From contig OZ024740.1 in assembly GCA_964016885.1 (NCBI GenBank), forward strand, positions 26,412,001 to 26,476,000: DNA of 64,000 nucleotides. The letters run 5' to 3'. Position numbers and translations under genes: made by a program. Source of the stretch: Eledone cirrhosa. Its lineage: Eukaryota. Under the pieces are notes generated by a model. The model did no database searches. It was not told where the DNA came from and worked only from the letters and a program-made list of their open reading frames with translations. Below are positions 1 to 15,000 of the stretch, one piece after another (positions within the stretch are counted from its first letter, which is position 1; each line of letters begins with the position of its first letter).

Positions 1-3000
1 AGTATGGTTGTCATAAAACCAGTACTACAGGAGAACTGGTCATCTCTGTCAATCACCAGTATGGTTGTCATAAAACCAGTACTACAGGAGAACTGGTCAT
101 CACTGTCAATCACCAGTATGGTTGTCATAAAACCAGTACTACAGGAGAACTGCTCATCTCTGTCAATCACCAGTATGGTTGTCATAAAATCAGTACTACA
201 GGAGAACTGGTCATCTCTGTCAATCACCAGTATGGTTGTCATGAACCCAGTACTACAGGAGAACTCCTCATCTCTGTCAATCACCAGTATGGTTGTCATA
301 AAACCAGTACTACAGGAGAACTGCTCATCTCTGTCAATCACCAGTATGGTTGTCATAAAACCAGTACTACAGGAGAACTGCTCATCTCTGTCAATCACCA
401 GTATGGTTGTCATAAACCCAGTACTACAGGAGAACTGCTCATCTCTGTCAATCACCAGTATGGTTGTCATAAAACCAGTACTACAGGAGAACTGTTCATC
501 TCTGTCAATCACCAGTATGGTTGTCATAAACCCAGTACTACAGGAGAACTGATCATCTCTGTCAATCACCAGTATGGTTGTCATAAAACCAGTACTACAG
601 GAGAACTGCTCATCTCTGTCAATCACCAGTATGGTTGTCATAAACCCAGTACTACAGGAGAACTGATCATCTCTGTCAATCACCAGGATGGTTGTCAGAA
701 ACCCAGTACTACAGGAGAACTGCTCATCTCTGTCAATCACCAGTATGGTTGTCATAAAACCAGTACTACAGGAGAACTGCTCATCTCTGTCAATCACCAG
801 TATGGTTGTCATAAACCCAGTACAATAGGAGAACTGCTCATCTCTGTCAATCACCAGTATGGTTGTCATAAAACCAGTACTACAGGAGAACTGATCATCT
901 CTGTCAATCACCAGTATGGTTGTCATAAAACCAGTACTACAGGAGAACTGCTCATCTCTGTCAATCACCAGTATCGTTGTCATAAACCCAGTACTACAGG
1001 AGAACTGATCATCTCTGTCAATCACCAGTATGGTTGTCATAAACCCAGTACTACAGGAGAACTGATCATCTCTGTCAATCACCAGTATGGTTGTCATAAA
1101 ACCAGTACTACAGGAGAACTGCTCATCTCTGTCAATCACCAGTATGGTTGTCATAAAACCAGTACTACAGGAGAACTGCTCATCTCTGCCAATCACCAGT
1201 ATGGTTGTCATAAAACCAGTACTACAGGAGAACTGGTCATCTCTGTCAATCACCAGTATGGTTGTCATAAACCCAGTACTACAGAGAACTGCTCATCTCT
1301 GTCAATCACCAGTATGATTGTCATAAACCCAGTACTACAGGAGAACTGGTCATCTCTGTCAATCACCAGTATGGTTGTCATAAAACCAGTACTACAGGAG
1401 AACTGCTCATCTCTGTTAATCACCAGTATGGTTGTCATAAAACCAGTACTACAGGAGAACTGGTCATCTCTGTCAATCACCAGTATGGTTGTCATAAAAC
1501 CAGTACTACAGGAGAACTGGTCATCTCTGTCAATCACCAGTATGGTTGTCATAAAACCAGTACTACAGGAGAACTGGTCATCTCTGTCAATCACCAGTAT
1601 GGTTGTCATAAAACCAGTACTACAGGAGAACTGGTCATCTCTGTCAATCACCAGTATGGTTGTCATAAAACCAGTACTACAGGAGAACTACTCATCTCTG
1701 TCAATCACAAGTATGGTTGTCATAAAACCAGTACTACAGGAGAACTGGTCATCTCTGTCAATCACCAGTATGGTTGTCATAAACCCAGTACTACAGGAGA
1801 ACTGCTCATCTCTGTCAATCACCAGTATGGTTGTCATAAACCCAGTACTACAGGAGAACTGGTCATCTCTGTCAATCACCAGTATGGTTGTCATGAACCC
1901 AGTACTACAGGAGAACTCCTCATTTCTGTCAATCACCAGTATGGTTGTCATAAAACCAGTACTACAGGAGAACTGCTCATCTCTGTCAATCACCAGTATG
2001 GTTGTCATAAAACCAGTACTACAGGAGAACTGCTCATCTCTGTCAATCACCAGTATGGTTGTCATAAACCCAGTACTACAGGAGAACTGCTCATCTCTGT
2101 CAATCACCAGTATGGTTGTCATAAAACCAGTACTACAGGAGAACTGTTCATCTCTGTCAATCACCAGTATGGTTGTCATAAACCCAGTACTACAGGAGAA
2201 CTGATCATCTCTGTCAATCACCAGTATGGTTGTCATAAAACCAGTACTACAGGAGAACTGCTCATCTCTGTCAATCACCAGTATCGTTGTCATAAACCCA
2301 GTACTACAGGAGAACTGATCATCTCTGTCAATCACCAGTATGGTTGTCATAAACCCAGTACTACAGGAGAACTGATCATCTCTGTCAATCACCAGTATGG
2401 TTGTCATAAAACCAGTACTACAGGAGAACTGCTCATCTCAGTCAATCACCAGTATGGTTGTCATAAAACCAGTACTACAGGAGAACTGCTCATCTCTGCC
2501 AATCACCAGTATGGTTGTCATAAAACCAGTACTACAGGAGAACTGGTCATCTCTGTCAATCACCAGTATGGTTGTCATAAACCCAGTACTACAGAGAACT
2601 GCTAATCTCTGTCAATCACCAGTATGGTTGTCATAAACCCAGTACTACAGGAGAACTGGTCATCTCTGTTAATCACCAGTATGGTTGTCATAAACCCAGT
2701 ACTACAGGAGAACTGATCATCTCTGTCAATCAGCAGTATGGTTGTCATAAAACCAGTACTACAGGAGAACTGCTCGTCTCTGTCAATCACCAGTATGGTT
2801 GTCATAAACCCAGTACTACAGGAGAACTGATCATCTCTGTCAATCACCAGTATGGTTGTCATAAACCCAGTACTACAGGAGAACTGCTCATCTCAGTCAA
2901 TCACCAGTATGGTTGTCATAAAACCAGTACTACAGGAGAACTGCTCATCTCTGTCAATCACCAGTATGGTTGTCATAAAACCAGTACTACAGGAGAACTG

Positions 3001-6000
3001 GTCATCTCTGTCAATCACCAGTATGGTTGTCATAAAACCAGTACTACCGGAGAACTGCTCATCTCTGTTAATCACCAGTATGGTTGTCATAAAACCAGTA
3101 CTACAGGAGAACTGGTCATCTCTGTCAATCACCAGTATGGTTGTCATAAAACCAGTACTACAGGAGAACTGGTCATCTCTGTCAATCACCAGTATGGTTG
3201 TCATAAAACCAGTACTACAGGAGAACTGGTCATCTCTGTCAATCACCAGTATGGTTGTCATAAAACCAGTACTACAGGAGAACTGCTCATCTCTGTCAAT
3301 CACCAGTATGGTTGTCATAAAACCAGTACTACAGGAGAACTGGTCATCTCTGTCAATCACCAGTATGGTTGTCATAAACCCAGTACTACAGGAGAACTGC
3401 TCATCTCTGTCAATCACCATTATGGTTGTCATAAAACCAGTACTACAGGAGAACTGCTCATCTCTGTCAATCACCAATATGGTTGTCATAAAACCAGTAC
3501 TACAGGAGAACTGCTCATCTCTGTCAATCACCAGTATGGTTGTCATAAACCCAGTACTACAGGAGAACTGCTCATCTCTGTCAATCACCAGTATGGTTGT
3601 CATAAACCCAGTACTACAGGAGAACTGCTCATCTCTGTCAATCACCAGTATGGTTGTCATAAACCCAGTACTACAGGAGAACTGGTCATCTCTGTCAATC
3701 ACCAGTATGGTTGTCATAAACCCAGTACTACAGGAGAGCTGGTCATCTCTGTCAATCACCAGTATGGTTGTCATAAACCCAGTACTACAGGAGAACTGGT
3801 CATCTCTGTTAATCACCAGTATGGTTGTCAGAAAACCAGTACTACAGGAGAACTGCTCATCTCTGTCAATCACCAGTATGGTTGTCATAAAACCAGTACT
3901 ACAGGAGAACTGGTCATCTCTGTCAATCACCAGTATGGTTGTCATAAAACCAGTACTACAGGAGAACTAGTCATCTCTGTCAATCACCAGTATGGCTGTC
4001 ATAAAACCAGTACTACAGGAGAACTGCTCATCTCTGTCAATCACCAGTATGGTTGTCATAAAACCAGTACTACAGGAGAACTGGTCATCTATGTCAATCA
4101 CCAGTATGGTTGTCATAAAACCAGTACTACAGGAGAACTGCTCATCTCTGTCAATCACCAGTATGGTTGTCATAAAATCAGTACTACAGGAGAACTGGTC
4201 ATCTCTGTCAATCACCAGTATGGTTGTCATGAACCCAGTACTACAGGAGAACTCCTCATCTCTGTCAATCACCAGTATGGTTGTCATAAAACCAGTACTA
4301 CAGGAGAACTGCTCATCTCTGTCAATCACCAGTATGGTTGTCATAAACCCAGTACTACAGGAGAACTGCTCATCTCTGTCAATCACCAGTATGGTTGTCA
4401 TAAACCCAGTACTACAGGAGAACTGCTCATCTCTGTCAATCACCAGTATGGTTGTCATAAAACCAGTACTACAGGAGAACTGGTCATCTCTGTCAATCAC
4501 CAGTATGGTTGTCATAAACCCAGTACTACAGGAGAACTGATCATCTCTGTCAATCACCAGTATGGTTGTCATAAAACCAGTACTACAGGAGAACTGCTCA
4601 TCTCTGTCAATCACCAGTATGGTTGTCATAAACCCAGTACAATAGGAGAACTGCTCATCTCTGTCAATCACCAGTATGGTTGTCATAAAACCAGTACTAC
4701 AGGAGAACTGATCATCTCTGTCAATCACCAGTATGGTTGTCATAAAATCAGTACTACAGGAGAACTGGTCATCTCTGTCAATCACCAGTATGGTTGTCAT
4801 GAACCCAGTACTACAGGAGAACTCCTCATCTCTGTCAATCACCAGTATGGTTGTCATAAAACCAGTACTACAGGAGAACTGCTCATCTCTGTCAATCACC
4901 AGTATGGTTGTCATAAAACCAGTACTACAGGAGAACTGCTCATCTCTGTCAATCACCAGTATGGTTGTCATAAACCCAGTACTACAGGAGAACTGCTCAT
5001 CTCTGTCAATCACCAGTATGGTTGTCATAAAACCAGTACTACAGGAGAACTGTTCATCTCTGTCAATCACCAGTATGGTTGTCATAAACCCAGTACTACA
5101 GGAGAACTGATCATCTCTGTCAATCACCAGTATGGTTGTCATAAAACCAGTACTACAGGAGAACTGCTCATCTCTGTCAATCACCAGTATGGTTGTCATA
5201 AACCCAGTACTACAGGAGAACTGATCATCTCTGTCAATCACCAGGATGGTTGTCATAAACCCAGTACTACAGGAGAACTGCTCATCTCTGTCAATCACCA
5301 GTATGGTTGTCATAAAACCAGTACTACAGGAGAACTGCTCATCTCTGTCAATCACCAGTATGGTTGTCATAAACCCAGTACAATAGGAGAACTGCTCATC
5401 TCTGTCAATCACCAGTATGGTTGTCATAAAACCAGTACTACAGGAGAACTGATCATCTCTGTCAATCACCAGTATGGTTGTCATAAAACCAGTACTACAG
5501 GAGAACTGCTCATCTCTGTCAATCACCAGTATCGTTGTCATAAACCCAGTACTACAGGAGAACTGATCATCTCTGTCAATCACCAGTATGGTTGTCATAA
5601 ACCCAGTACTACAGGAGAACTGATCATCTCTGTCAATCACCAGTATGGTTGTCATAAAACCAGTACTACAGGAGAACTGCTCATCTCTGTCAATCACCAG
5701 TATGGTTGTCATAAAACCAGTACTACAGGAGAACTGCTCATCTCTGCCAATCACCAGTATGGTTGTCATAAAACCAGTACTACAGGAGAACTGGTCATCT
5801 CTGTCAATCACCAGTATGGTTGTCATAAACCCAGTACTACAGAGAACTGCTCATCTCTGTCAATCACCAGTATGATTGTCATAAACCCAGTACTACAGGA
5901 GAACTGGTCATCTCTGTCAATCACCAGTATGGTTGTCATAAAACCAGTACTACAGGAGAACTGCTCATCTCTGTTAATCACCAGTATGGTTGTCATAAAA

Positions 6001-9000
6001 CCAGTACTACAGGAGAAGTGGTCATCTCTGTCAATCACCAGTATGGTTGTCATAAAACCAGTACTACAGGAGAACTGCTCATCTCTGTCAATCACAAGTA
6101 TGGTTGTCATAAAACCAGTACTACAGGAGAACTGGTCATCTCTGTCAATCACCAGTATGGTTGTCATAAACCCAGTACTACAGGAGAACTGCTCATCTCT
6201 GTCAATCACCAGTATGGTTGTCATAAACCCAGTACTACAGGAGAACTGCTCATCTCTGTCAATCACCAGTATGGTTGTCATAAAACCAGTACTACAGGAG
6301 AACTGGTCATCTCTGTCAATCACCAGTATGGTTGTCATAAACCCAGTACTACAGGAGAACTGATCATCTCTGTCAATCAGCAGTATGGTTGTCATAAAAC
6401 CAGTACTACAGGAGAACTGCTCGTCTCTGTCAATCACCAGTATGGTTGTCATAAACCCAGTACTACAGGAGAACTTATCATCTCTGTCAATCACCAGTAT
6501 GGTTGTCATAAACCCAGTACTACAGGAGAACTGCTCATCTCAGTCAATCACCAGTATGGTTGTCATAAAACCAGTACTACAGGAGAACTGCTCATCTCTG
6601 TCAATCACCAGTATGGTTGTCATAAACCCAGTACTACAGGAGAACTGATCATCTCTGTCAATCACCAGTATGGTTGTCATAAAACCAGTACTACAGGAGA
6701 ACTGCTCATCTCTGTCAATCACCAGTATGGTTGTCATAAACCCAGTACAATAGGAGAACTGCTCATCTCTGTCAATCACCAGTATGGTTGTCATAAAACC
6801 AGTACTACAGGAGAACTGATTATCTCTGTCAATCACCAGTATGGTTGTCATAAAATCAGTACTACAGGAGAACTGGTCATCTCTGTCAATCACCAGTATG
6901 GTTGTCATGAACCCAGTACTACAGGAGAACTCCTCATCTCTGTCAATCACCAGTATGGTTGTCATAAAACCAGTACTACAGGAGAACTGCTCATCTCTGT
7001 CAATCACCAGTATGGTTGTCATAAAACCAGTACTACAGGAGAACTGCTCATCTCTGTCAATCACCAGTATGGTTGTCATAAACCCAGTACTACAGGAGAA
7101 CTGCTCATCTCTGTCAATCACCAGTATGGTTGTCATAAAACCAGTACTACAGGAGAACTGTTCATCTCTGTCAATCACCAGTATGGTTGTCATAAACCCA
7201 GTACTACAGGAGAACTGATCATCTCTGTCAATCACCAGTATGGTTGTCATAAAACCAGTACTACAGGAGAACTGCTCATCTCTGTCAATCACCAGTATGG
7301 TTGTCATAAACCCAGTACTACAGGAGAACTGATCATCTCTGTCAATCACCAGGATGGTTGTCATAAACCCAGTACTACAGGAGAACTGCTCATCTCTGTC
7401 AATCACCAGTATGGTTGTCATAAAACCAGTACTACAGGAGAACTGCTCATCTCTGTCAATCACCAGTATGGTTGTCATAAACCCAGTACAATAGGAGAAC
7501 TGCTCATCTCTGTCAATCACCAGTATGGTTGTCATAAAACCAGTACTACAGGAGAACTGATCATCTCTGTCAATCACCAGTATGGTTGTCATAAAACCAG
7601 TACTACAGGAGAACTGCTCATCTCTGTCAATCACCAGTATCGTTGTCATAAACCCAGTACTACAGGAGAACTGATCATCTCTGTCAATCACCAGTATGGT
7701 TGTCATAAACCCAGTACTAAAGGAGAACTGATCATCTCTGTCAATCACCAGTATGGTTGTCATAAAACCAGTACTACAGGAGAACTGCTCATCTCTGTCA
7801 ATCACCAGTCTGGTTGTCATAAAACCAGTACTACAGGAGAACTGCTCATCTCTGCCAATCACCAGTATGGTTGTCATAAAACCAGTACTACAGGAGAACT
7901 GGTCATCTATGTCAATCACCAGTATGGTTGTCATAAACCCAGTACTATAGAGAACTGCTCATCTCTGTCAATCACCAGTATGATTGTCATAAACCCAGTA
8001 CTACAGGAGAACTGGTCATCTCTGTCAATCACCAGTATGGTTGTCATAAAACCAGTACTACAGGAGAACTGCTCATCTCTGTTAATCACCAGTATGGTTG
8101 TCATAAAACCAGTACTACAGGAGAACTGGTCATCTCTGTCAATCACCAGTATGGTTGTCATAAAACCAGTACTACAGGAGAACTGCTCATCTCTGTCAAT
8201 CACAAGTATGGTTGTCATAAAACCAGTACTACAGGAGAACTGGTCATCTCTGTCAATCACCAGTATGGTTGTCATAAACCCAGTACTACAGGAGAACTGC
8301 TCATCTCTGTCAATCACCAGTATGGTTGTCATAAACCCAGTACTACAGGAGAACTGCTCATCTCTGTCAATCACCAGTATGGTTGTCATAAAACCAGTAC
8401 TACAGGAGAACTGGTCATCTCTGTCAATCACCAGTATGGTTGTCATAAACCCAGTACTACAGGAGAACTGCTCATCTCTGTCAATCACCAGTATGGTTGT
8501 CATAAAACCAGTACTACAGGAGAACTGCTCATCTCTGTTAATCACCAGTATGGTTGTCATAAAACCAGTACTACAGGAGAACTGGTCATCTCTGTCAATC
8601 ACCAGTATGGTTGTCATAAAACCAGTACTACAGGAGAACTGCTCATCTCTGTCAATCACAAGTATGGTTGTCATAAATCCAGTACTACAGGAGAACTGCT
8701 CATCTCTGTCAATCACCAGTATGGTTGTCATAAAACCAGTACTACAGGAGAACTGGTCATCTCTGTCAATCACCAGTATGGTTGTCATAAAACCAGTACT
8801 ACCGGAGAACTGCTCATCTCTGTTAATCACCAGTATGGTTGTCATAAAACCAGTACTACAGGAGAACTGGTCATCTCTGTCAATCACCAGTATGGTTGTC
8901 ATAAAACCAGTACTACAGGAGAACTGGTCATCTCTGTCAATCACCAGTATGGTTGTCATAAAAGCAGTACTACAGGAGAACTGGTCATCTCTGTCAATCA

Positions 9001-12000
9001 CCAGTATGGTTGTCATAAAACCAGTACTACAGGAGAACTGCTCATCTCTGTCAATCACCAGTATGGTTGTCATAAAACCAGTACTACAGGAGAACTGGTC
9101 ATCTCTGTCAATCACCAGTATGGTTGTCATAAACCCAGTACTACAGGAGAACTGCTCATCTCTGTCAATCACCATTATGGTTGTCATAAAACCAGTACTA
9201 CAGGAGAACTGCTCATCTCTGTCAATCACCAATATGGTTGTCATAAAACCAGTACTACAGGAGAACTGCTCATCTCTGTCAATCACCAGTATGGTTGTCA
9301 TAAACCCAGTACTACAGGAGAACTGCTCATCTCTGTCAATCACCAGTATGGTTGTCATAAACCCAGTACTACAGGAGAACTGCTCATCTCTGTCAATCAC
9401 CAGTATGGTTGTCATAAACCCAGTACTACAGGAGAACTGGTCATCTCTGTCAATCACCAGTATGGTTGTCATAAACCCAGTACTACAGGAGAACTGGTCA
9501 TCTCTGTCAATCACCAGTATGGTTGTCATAAACCCAGTACTACAGGAGAACTGGTCATCTCTGTTAATCACCAGTATGGTTGTCAGAAAACCAGTACTAC
9601 AGGAGAACTGCTCATCTCTGTCAATCACCAGTATGGTTGTCATAAAACCAGTACTACAGGAGAACTGGTCATCTCTGTCAATCACCAGTATGGTTGTCAT
9701 AAAACCAGTACTACAGGAGAACTAGTCATCTCTGTCAATCACCAGTATGGCTGTCATAAAACCAGTACTACAGGAGAACTGCTCACCTCTGTCAATCACC
9801 AGTATTGTTGTCATAAAACCAGTAATACAGGAGAACTGGTCATCTCTGTCAATCATCAGTATGGTTGTCATAAAACCAGTACTACAGGAGAACTGGTCAT
9901 CTCTGTCAATCATCAGTATGGTTGTCATAAAACCAGTACTACAGGAGAACTGGTCATCTCTGTCAATCACCAGTATGGTTGTCATAAAACCAGTACTACA
10001 GGAGAACTGGTCATCTCTGTCAATCACCAGTATGGTTGTCATAAAACCAGTACTACAGGAGAACTGCTCATCTCTGTCAATCACCAGTATGGTTGTCATA
10101 AAATCAGTACTACAGGAGAACTGGTCATCTCTGTCAATCACCAGTATGGTTGTCATGAACCCAGTACTACAGGAGAACTCCTCATCTCTGTCAATCACCA
10201 GTATGGTTGTCATAAAACCAGTACTACAGGAGAACTGCTCATCTCTGTCAATCACCAGTATGGTTGTCATAAACCCAGTACTACAGGAGAACTGCTCATC
10301 TCTGTCAATCACCAGTATGGTTGTCATAAACCCAGTACTACAGGAGAACTGCTCATCTCTGTCAATCACCAGTATGGTTGTCATAAAACCAGTACTACAG
10401 GAGAACTGGTCATCTCTGTCAATCACCAGTATGGTTGTCATAAACCCAGTACTACAGGAGAACTGATCATCTCTGTCAATCACCAGTATGGTTGTCATAA
10501 AACCAGTACTACAGGAGAACTGCTCATCTCTGTCAATCACCAGTATGGTTGTCATAAACCCAGTACTACAGGAGAACTGATCATCTCTGTCAATCACCAG
10601 GATGGTTGTCATAAACCCAGTACTACAGGAGAACTGCTCATCTCTGTTAATCACAAGTATGTTTGTCATAAAACCAGTACTACAGGAGAACTGCTCGTCT
10701 CTGTCAATCACCAGTATGGTTGTCATAAACCCAGTACTATAGGAGAACTGCTCATCTCTGTCAATCACCAGTATGGTTGTCAAAAAACCAGTACTACAGG
10801 AGAACTGATCATCTCTGTCAATCACCAGTATGTTTGTCATAAAACCAGTACTACAGGAGAACTGCTCATCTCTGTCAATCACCAGTATGGTTGTCATAAA
10901 ACCAGTACTACAGGAGAACTGCTCATCTCTGTTAATCACCAGTATGGTTGTCATAAAACCAGTACTACAGGAGAACTGGTCATCTCTGTCAATCACCAGT
11001 ATGGTTGTCATAAAACCAATACTACAGGAGAACTGGTCATCTCTGTCAATCACCAGTATGGTTGTCATAAAACCAGTACTACAGGAGAACTGGTCATCTC
11101 TGTCAATCACCAGTATGGTTGTCATAAAACCAGTACTACAGGAGAACTGGTCATCTCTGTCAATCACCAGTATGGTTGTCATAAAACCAGTACTACAGGA
11201 GAACTGCTCATCTCTGTCAATCACAAGTATGGTTGTCATAAAACCAGTACTACAGGAGAACTGGTCATCTCTGTCAATCACCAGTATGGTTGTCATAAAC
11301 CCAGTACTACAGGAGAACTGGTCATCTCTGTCAATCACCAGTATGGTTGTCATAAACCCAGTACTACAGGAGAACTGGTCATCTCTGTTAATCACCAGTA
11401 TGGTTGTCATAAAACCAGTACTACAGGAGAACTGGTCATCTCTGTCAATCACCAGTATGGTTGTCATAAAACCAGTACTACAGGAGAACTGGTCATCTCT
11501 GTCAATCACCAGTATTGTTGTCATAAAACCAGTACTACAGGAGAACTGCTCATCTCTGTCAATCACCAGTATGGTTGTCATAAACCCAGTACTACAGGAG
11601 AACTGATCATCTCTGTCAATCACCAGGATGGTTGTCATAAACCCAGTACTACAGGAGAACTGCTCATCTCTGTCAATCACCAGTATGGTTGTCATAAAAC
11701 CAGTACTACAGGATAACTGCTCGTCTCTGTCAATCACCAGTATGGTTGTCATAAACCCAGTACTATAGGAGAACTGCTCATCTCTGTCAATCACCAGTAT
11801 GGTTGTCATAAAACCAGTACTACAGGAGAACTGATCATCTCTGTCAATCACCAGTATGGTTGTCATAAAACCAGTACTACAGGAGAACTGATCATCTCTG
11901 TCACTCACCAGTATGGTTGTCATAAACCCAGTACTACAGGAGAACTGATCATCTCTGTCAATCACCAGTATGGTTGTCATAAAACCAGTACTACAGGAGA

Positions 12001-15000
12001 ACTGCTCATCTCTGTCAATCACCAGTATGGTTGTCATAAAACCAGTACTACAGGAGAACTGCTCATCTCTGTTAATTACCAGTATGGTTGTCATAAAACC
12101 AGTACTACAGGAGAACTGGTCATCTCTGTCAATCACCAGTATGGTTGTCATAAAACCAGTACTACAGGAGAACTGGTCATCTCTGTCAATCACCAGTATG
12201 GTTGTCATAAAACCAGTACTACAGGAGAACTGGTCATCTCTGTCAATCACCAGTATGGTTGTCATAAAACCAGTACTACAGGAGAACTCATCATCTCTGT
12301 CAATCACCAGTATGGTTGTCATAAAACCAGTACTACAGGAGAACTGGTCATCTCTGTCAATCACCAGTATGGTTGTCATAAACCCAGTACTACAGGAGAA
12401 CTGCTCATCTCTGTCAATCACCAGTATGGTTGTCATAAAACCAGTACTACAGGAGAACTGCTCATCTCTGTCAATCACCAGTATGGTTGTCATAAAACCA
12501 GTACTACAGGAGAACTGCTCATCTCTGTCAATCACCAGTATGGTTGTCATAAACCCAGTACTACAGGAGAACTGCTCATCTCTGTCAATCACCAGTATGG
12601 TTGTCATAAAACCAGTACTACAGGAGAACTGGTCATCTCTGTCAATCACCAGTATGGTTGTCATAAACCCAGTACTACAGGAGAACTGATCATCTCTGTC
12701 AATCACCAGTATGGTTGTCATAAAACCAGTACTACAGGAGAACTGCTCGTCTCTGTCAATCACCAGTATGGTTGTCATAAACCCAGTACTACAGGAGAAC
12801 TGATCATCTCTGTCAATCACCAGTATGGTTGTCATAAACCCAGTCCTACAGGAGAACTGCTCATCTCTGTCAATCACCAGTATGGTTGTCATAAAACCAG
12901 TACTACAGGAGAACTGCTCATCTCTGTCAATCACCAGTATGGTTGTCATAAAACCAGTACTACAGGAGAACTGCTCATCTCTGTCAATCACCAGTATGGT
13001 TGTCATAAAACCAGTACTACAGAAGAACTGGTCATCTCTGTCAATCATCAGTATGGTTGTCATAAAACCAGTACTACAGGAGAACTGGTCATCTCTGTCA
13101 ATCATCAGTATGGTTGTCATAAAACCAGTACTACAGGAGAACTGCTCATCTCTGTCGATCACCAGTATGGTTGTCATAAACCCAGTACTACAGGAGAACT
13201 GCTCATCTCTGCCAATCACCAGTATGGTTGTCATAAAACCAGTACTACAGGAGAACTGGTCATCTCTGTCAATCACCAGTATGGTTGTCATAAAACCAGT
13301 ACTACAGGAGAACTGGTCATCTCTGTCAATCACCAGTATGGTTGTCATAAAACCAGTACTACAGGAGAACTGGTCATCTCTGTCAATCACCAGTATGGTT
13401 GTCATAAAACCAGTACTACAGGAGAACTGGTCATCTCTGTCAATCATCAGTATGGTTGTCATAAAACCAGTACTACAGGAGAACTGGTCATCTCTGTCAA
13501 TCATCAGTATGGTTGTCATAAAACCAGTACTACAGGAGAACTGGTCATCTCTGTCAATCACCAGTATGGTTGTCATAAAACCAGTACTACAGGAGAACTG
13601 GTCATCTCTGTCAATCACCAGTATGGTTGTCATAAAACCAGTACTACAGGAGAACTGGTCATCTCTGTCAATCACCAGTATGGTTGTTATAAAATCAGTA
13701 CTACAGGAGAACTGCTCATCTCTGTCAATCACCAGTATGGTTGTCATAAAACCAGTACTACAGGAGAACTGCTCATCTCTGTCAATCACCAGTATGGTTG
13801 TCATAAAACCAGTACTACAGGAGAACTGCTCATCTCTGTCAATCACCAGTATGGTTGTCATAAACCCAGTACTACAGGAGAACTGCTCATCTCTGTCAAT
13901 CACCAGTATGGTTGTCATAAAACCAGTACTACAGGAGAACTGTTCATCTCTGTCAATCACCAGTATGGTTGTCATAAACCCAGTACTACAGGAGAACTGA
14001 TCATCTCTGTCAATCACCAGTATGGTTGTCATAAAACCAGTACTACAGGAGAACTGCTCATCTCTGTCAATCACCAGTATGGTTGTCATAAACCCAGTAC
14101 TACAGGAGAACTGATCATCTCTGTCAATCACCAGGATGGTTGTCATAAACCCAGTACTACAGGAGAACTGCTCATCTCTGTCAATCACCAGTATGGTTGT
14201 CATAAAACCAGTACTACAGGAGAACTGCTCATCTCTGTCAATCACCAGTATGGTTGTCATAAACCCAGTACTATAGGAGAACTGCTCATCTCTGTCAATC
14301 ACCAGTATGGTTGTCATAAAACCAGTACTACAGGAGAACTGATCATCTCTGTCAATCACCAGTATGGTTGTCATAAAACCAGTACTACAGGAGAACTGCT
14401 CATCTCTGTCAATCACCAGTATCGTTGTCATAAACCCAGTACTACAGGAGAACTGATCATCTCTGTCAATCACCAGTATGGTTGTCATAAACCCAGTACT
14501 ACAGGAGAACTGATCATCTCTGTCAATCACCAGTATGGTTGTCATAAAACCAGTACTACAGGAGAACTGCTCATCTCTGTCAATCACCAGTATGGTTGTC
14601 ATAAAACCAGTACTACAGGAGAACTGCTCATCTCTGCCAATCACCAGTATGGTTGTCATAAAACCAGTACTACAGGAGAACTGGTCATCTCTGTCAATCA
14701 CCAGTATGGTTGTCATAAACCCAGTACTACAGAGAACTGCTCATCTCTGTCAATCACCAGTATGGTTGTCATAAACCCAGTACTACAGGAGAACTGGTCA
14801 TCTCTGTCAATCACCAGTATGGTTGTCATAAAACCAGTACTACAGGAGAACTGCTCATCTCTGTTAATCACCAGTATGGTTGTCATAAAACCAGTACTAC
14901 AGGAGAACTGGTCATCTCTGTCAATCACCAGTATGGTTGTCATAAAACCAGTACTACAGGAGAACTGGTCATCTCTGTCAATCACCAGTATGGTTGTCAT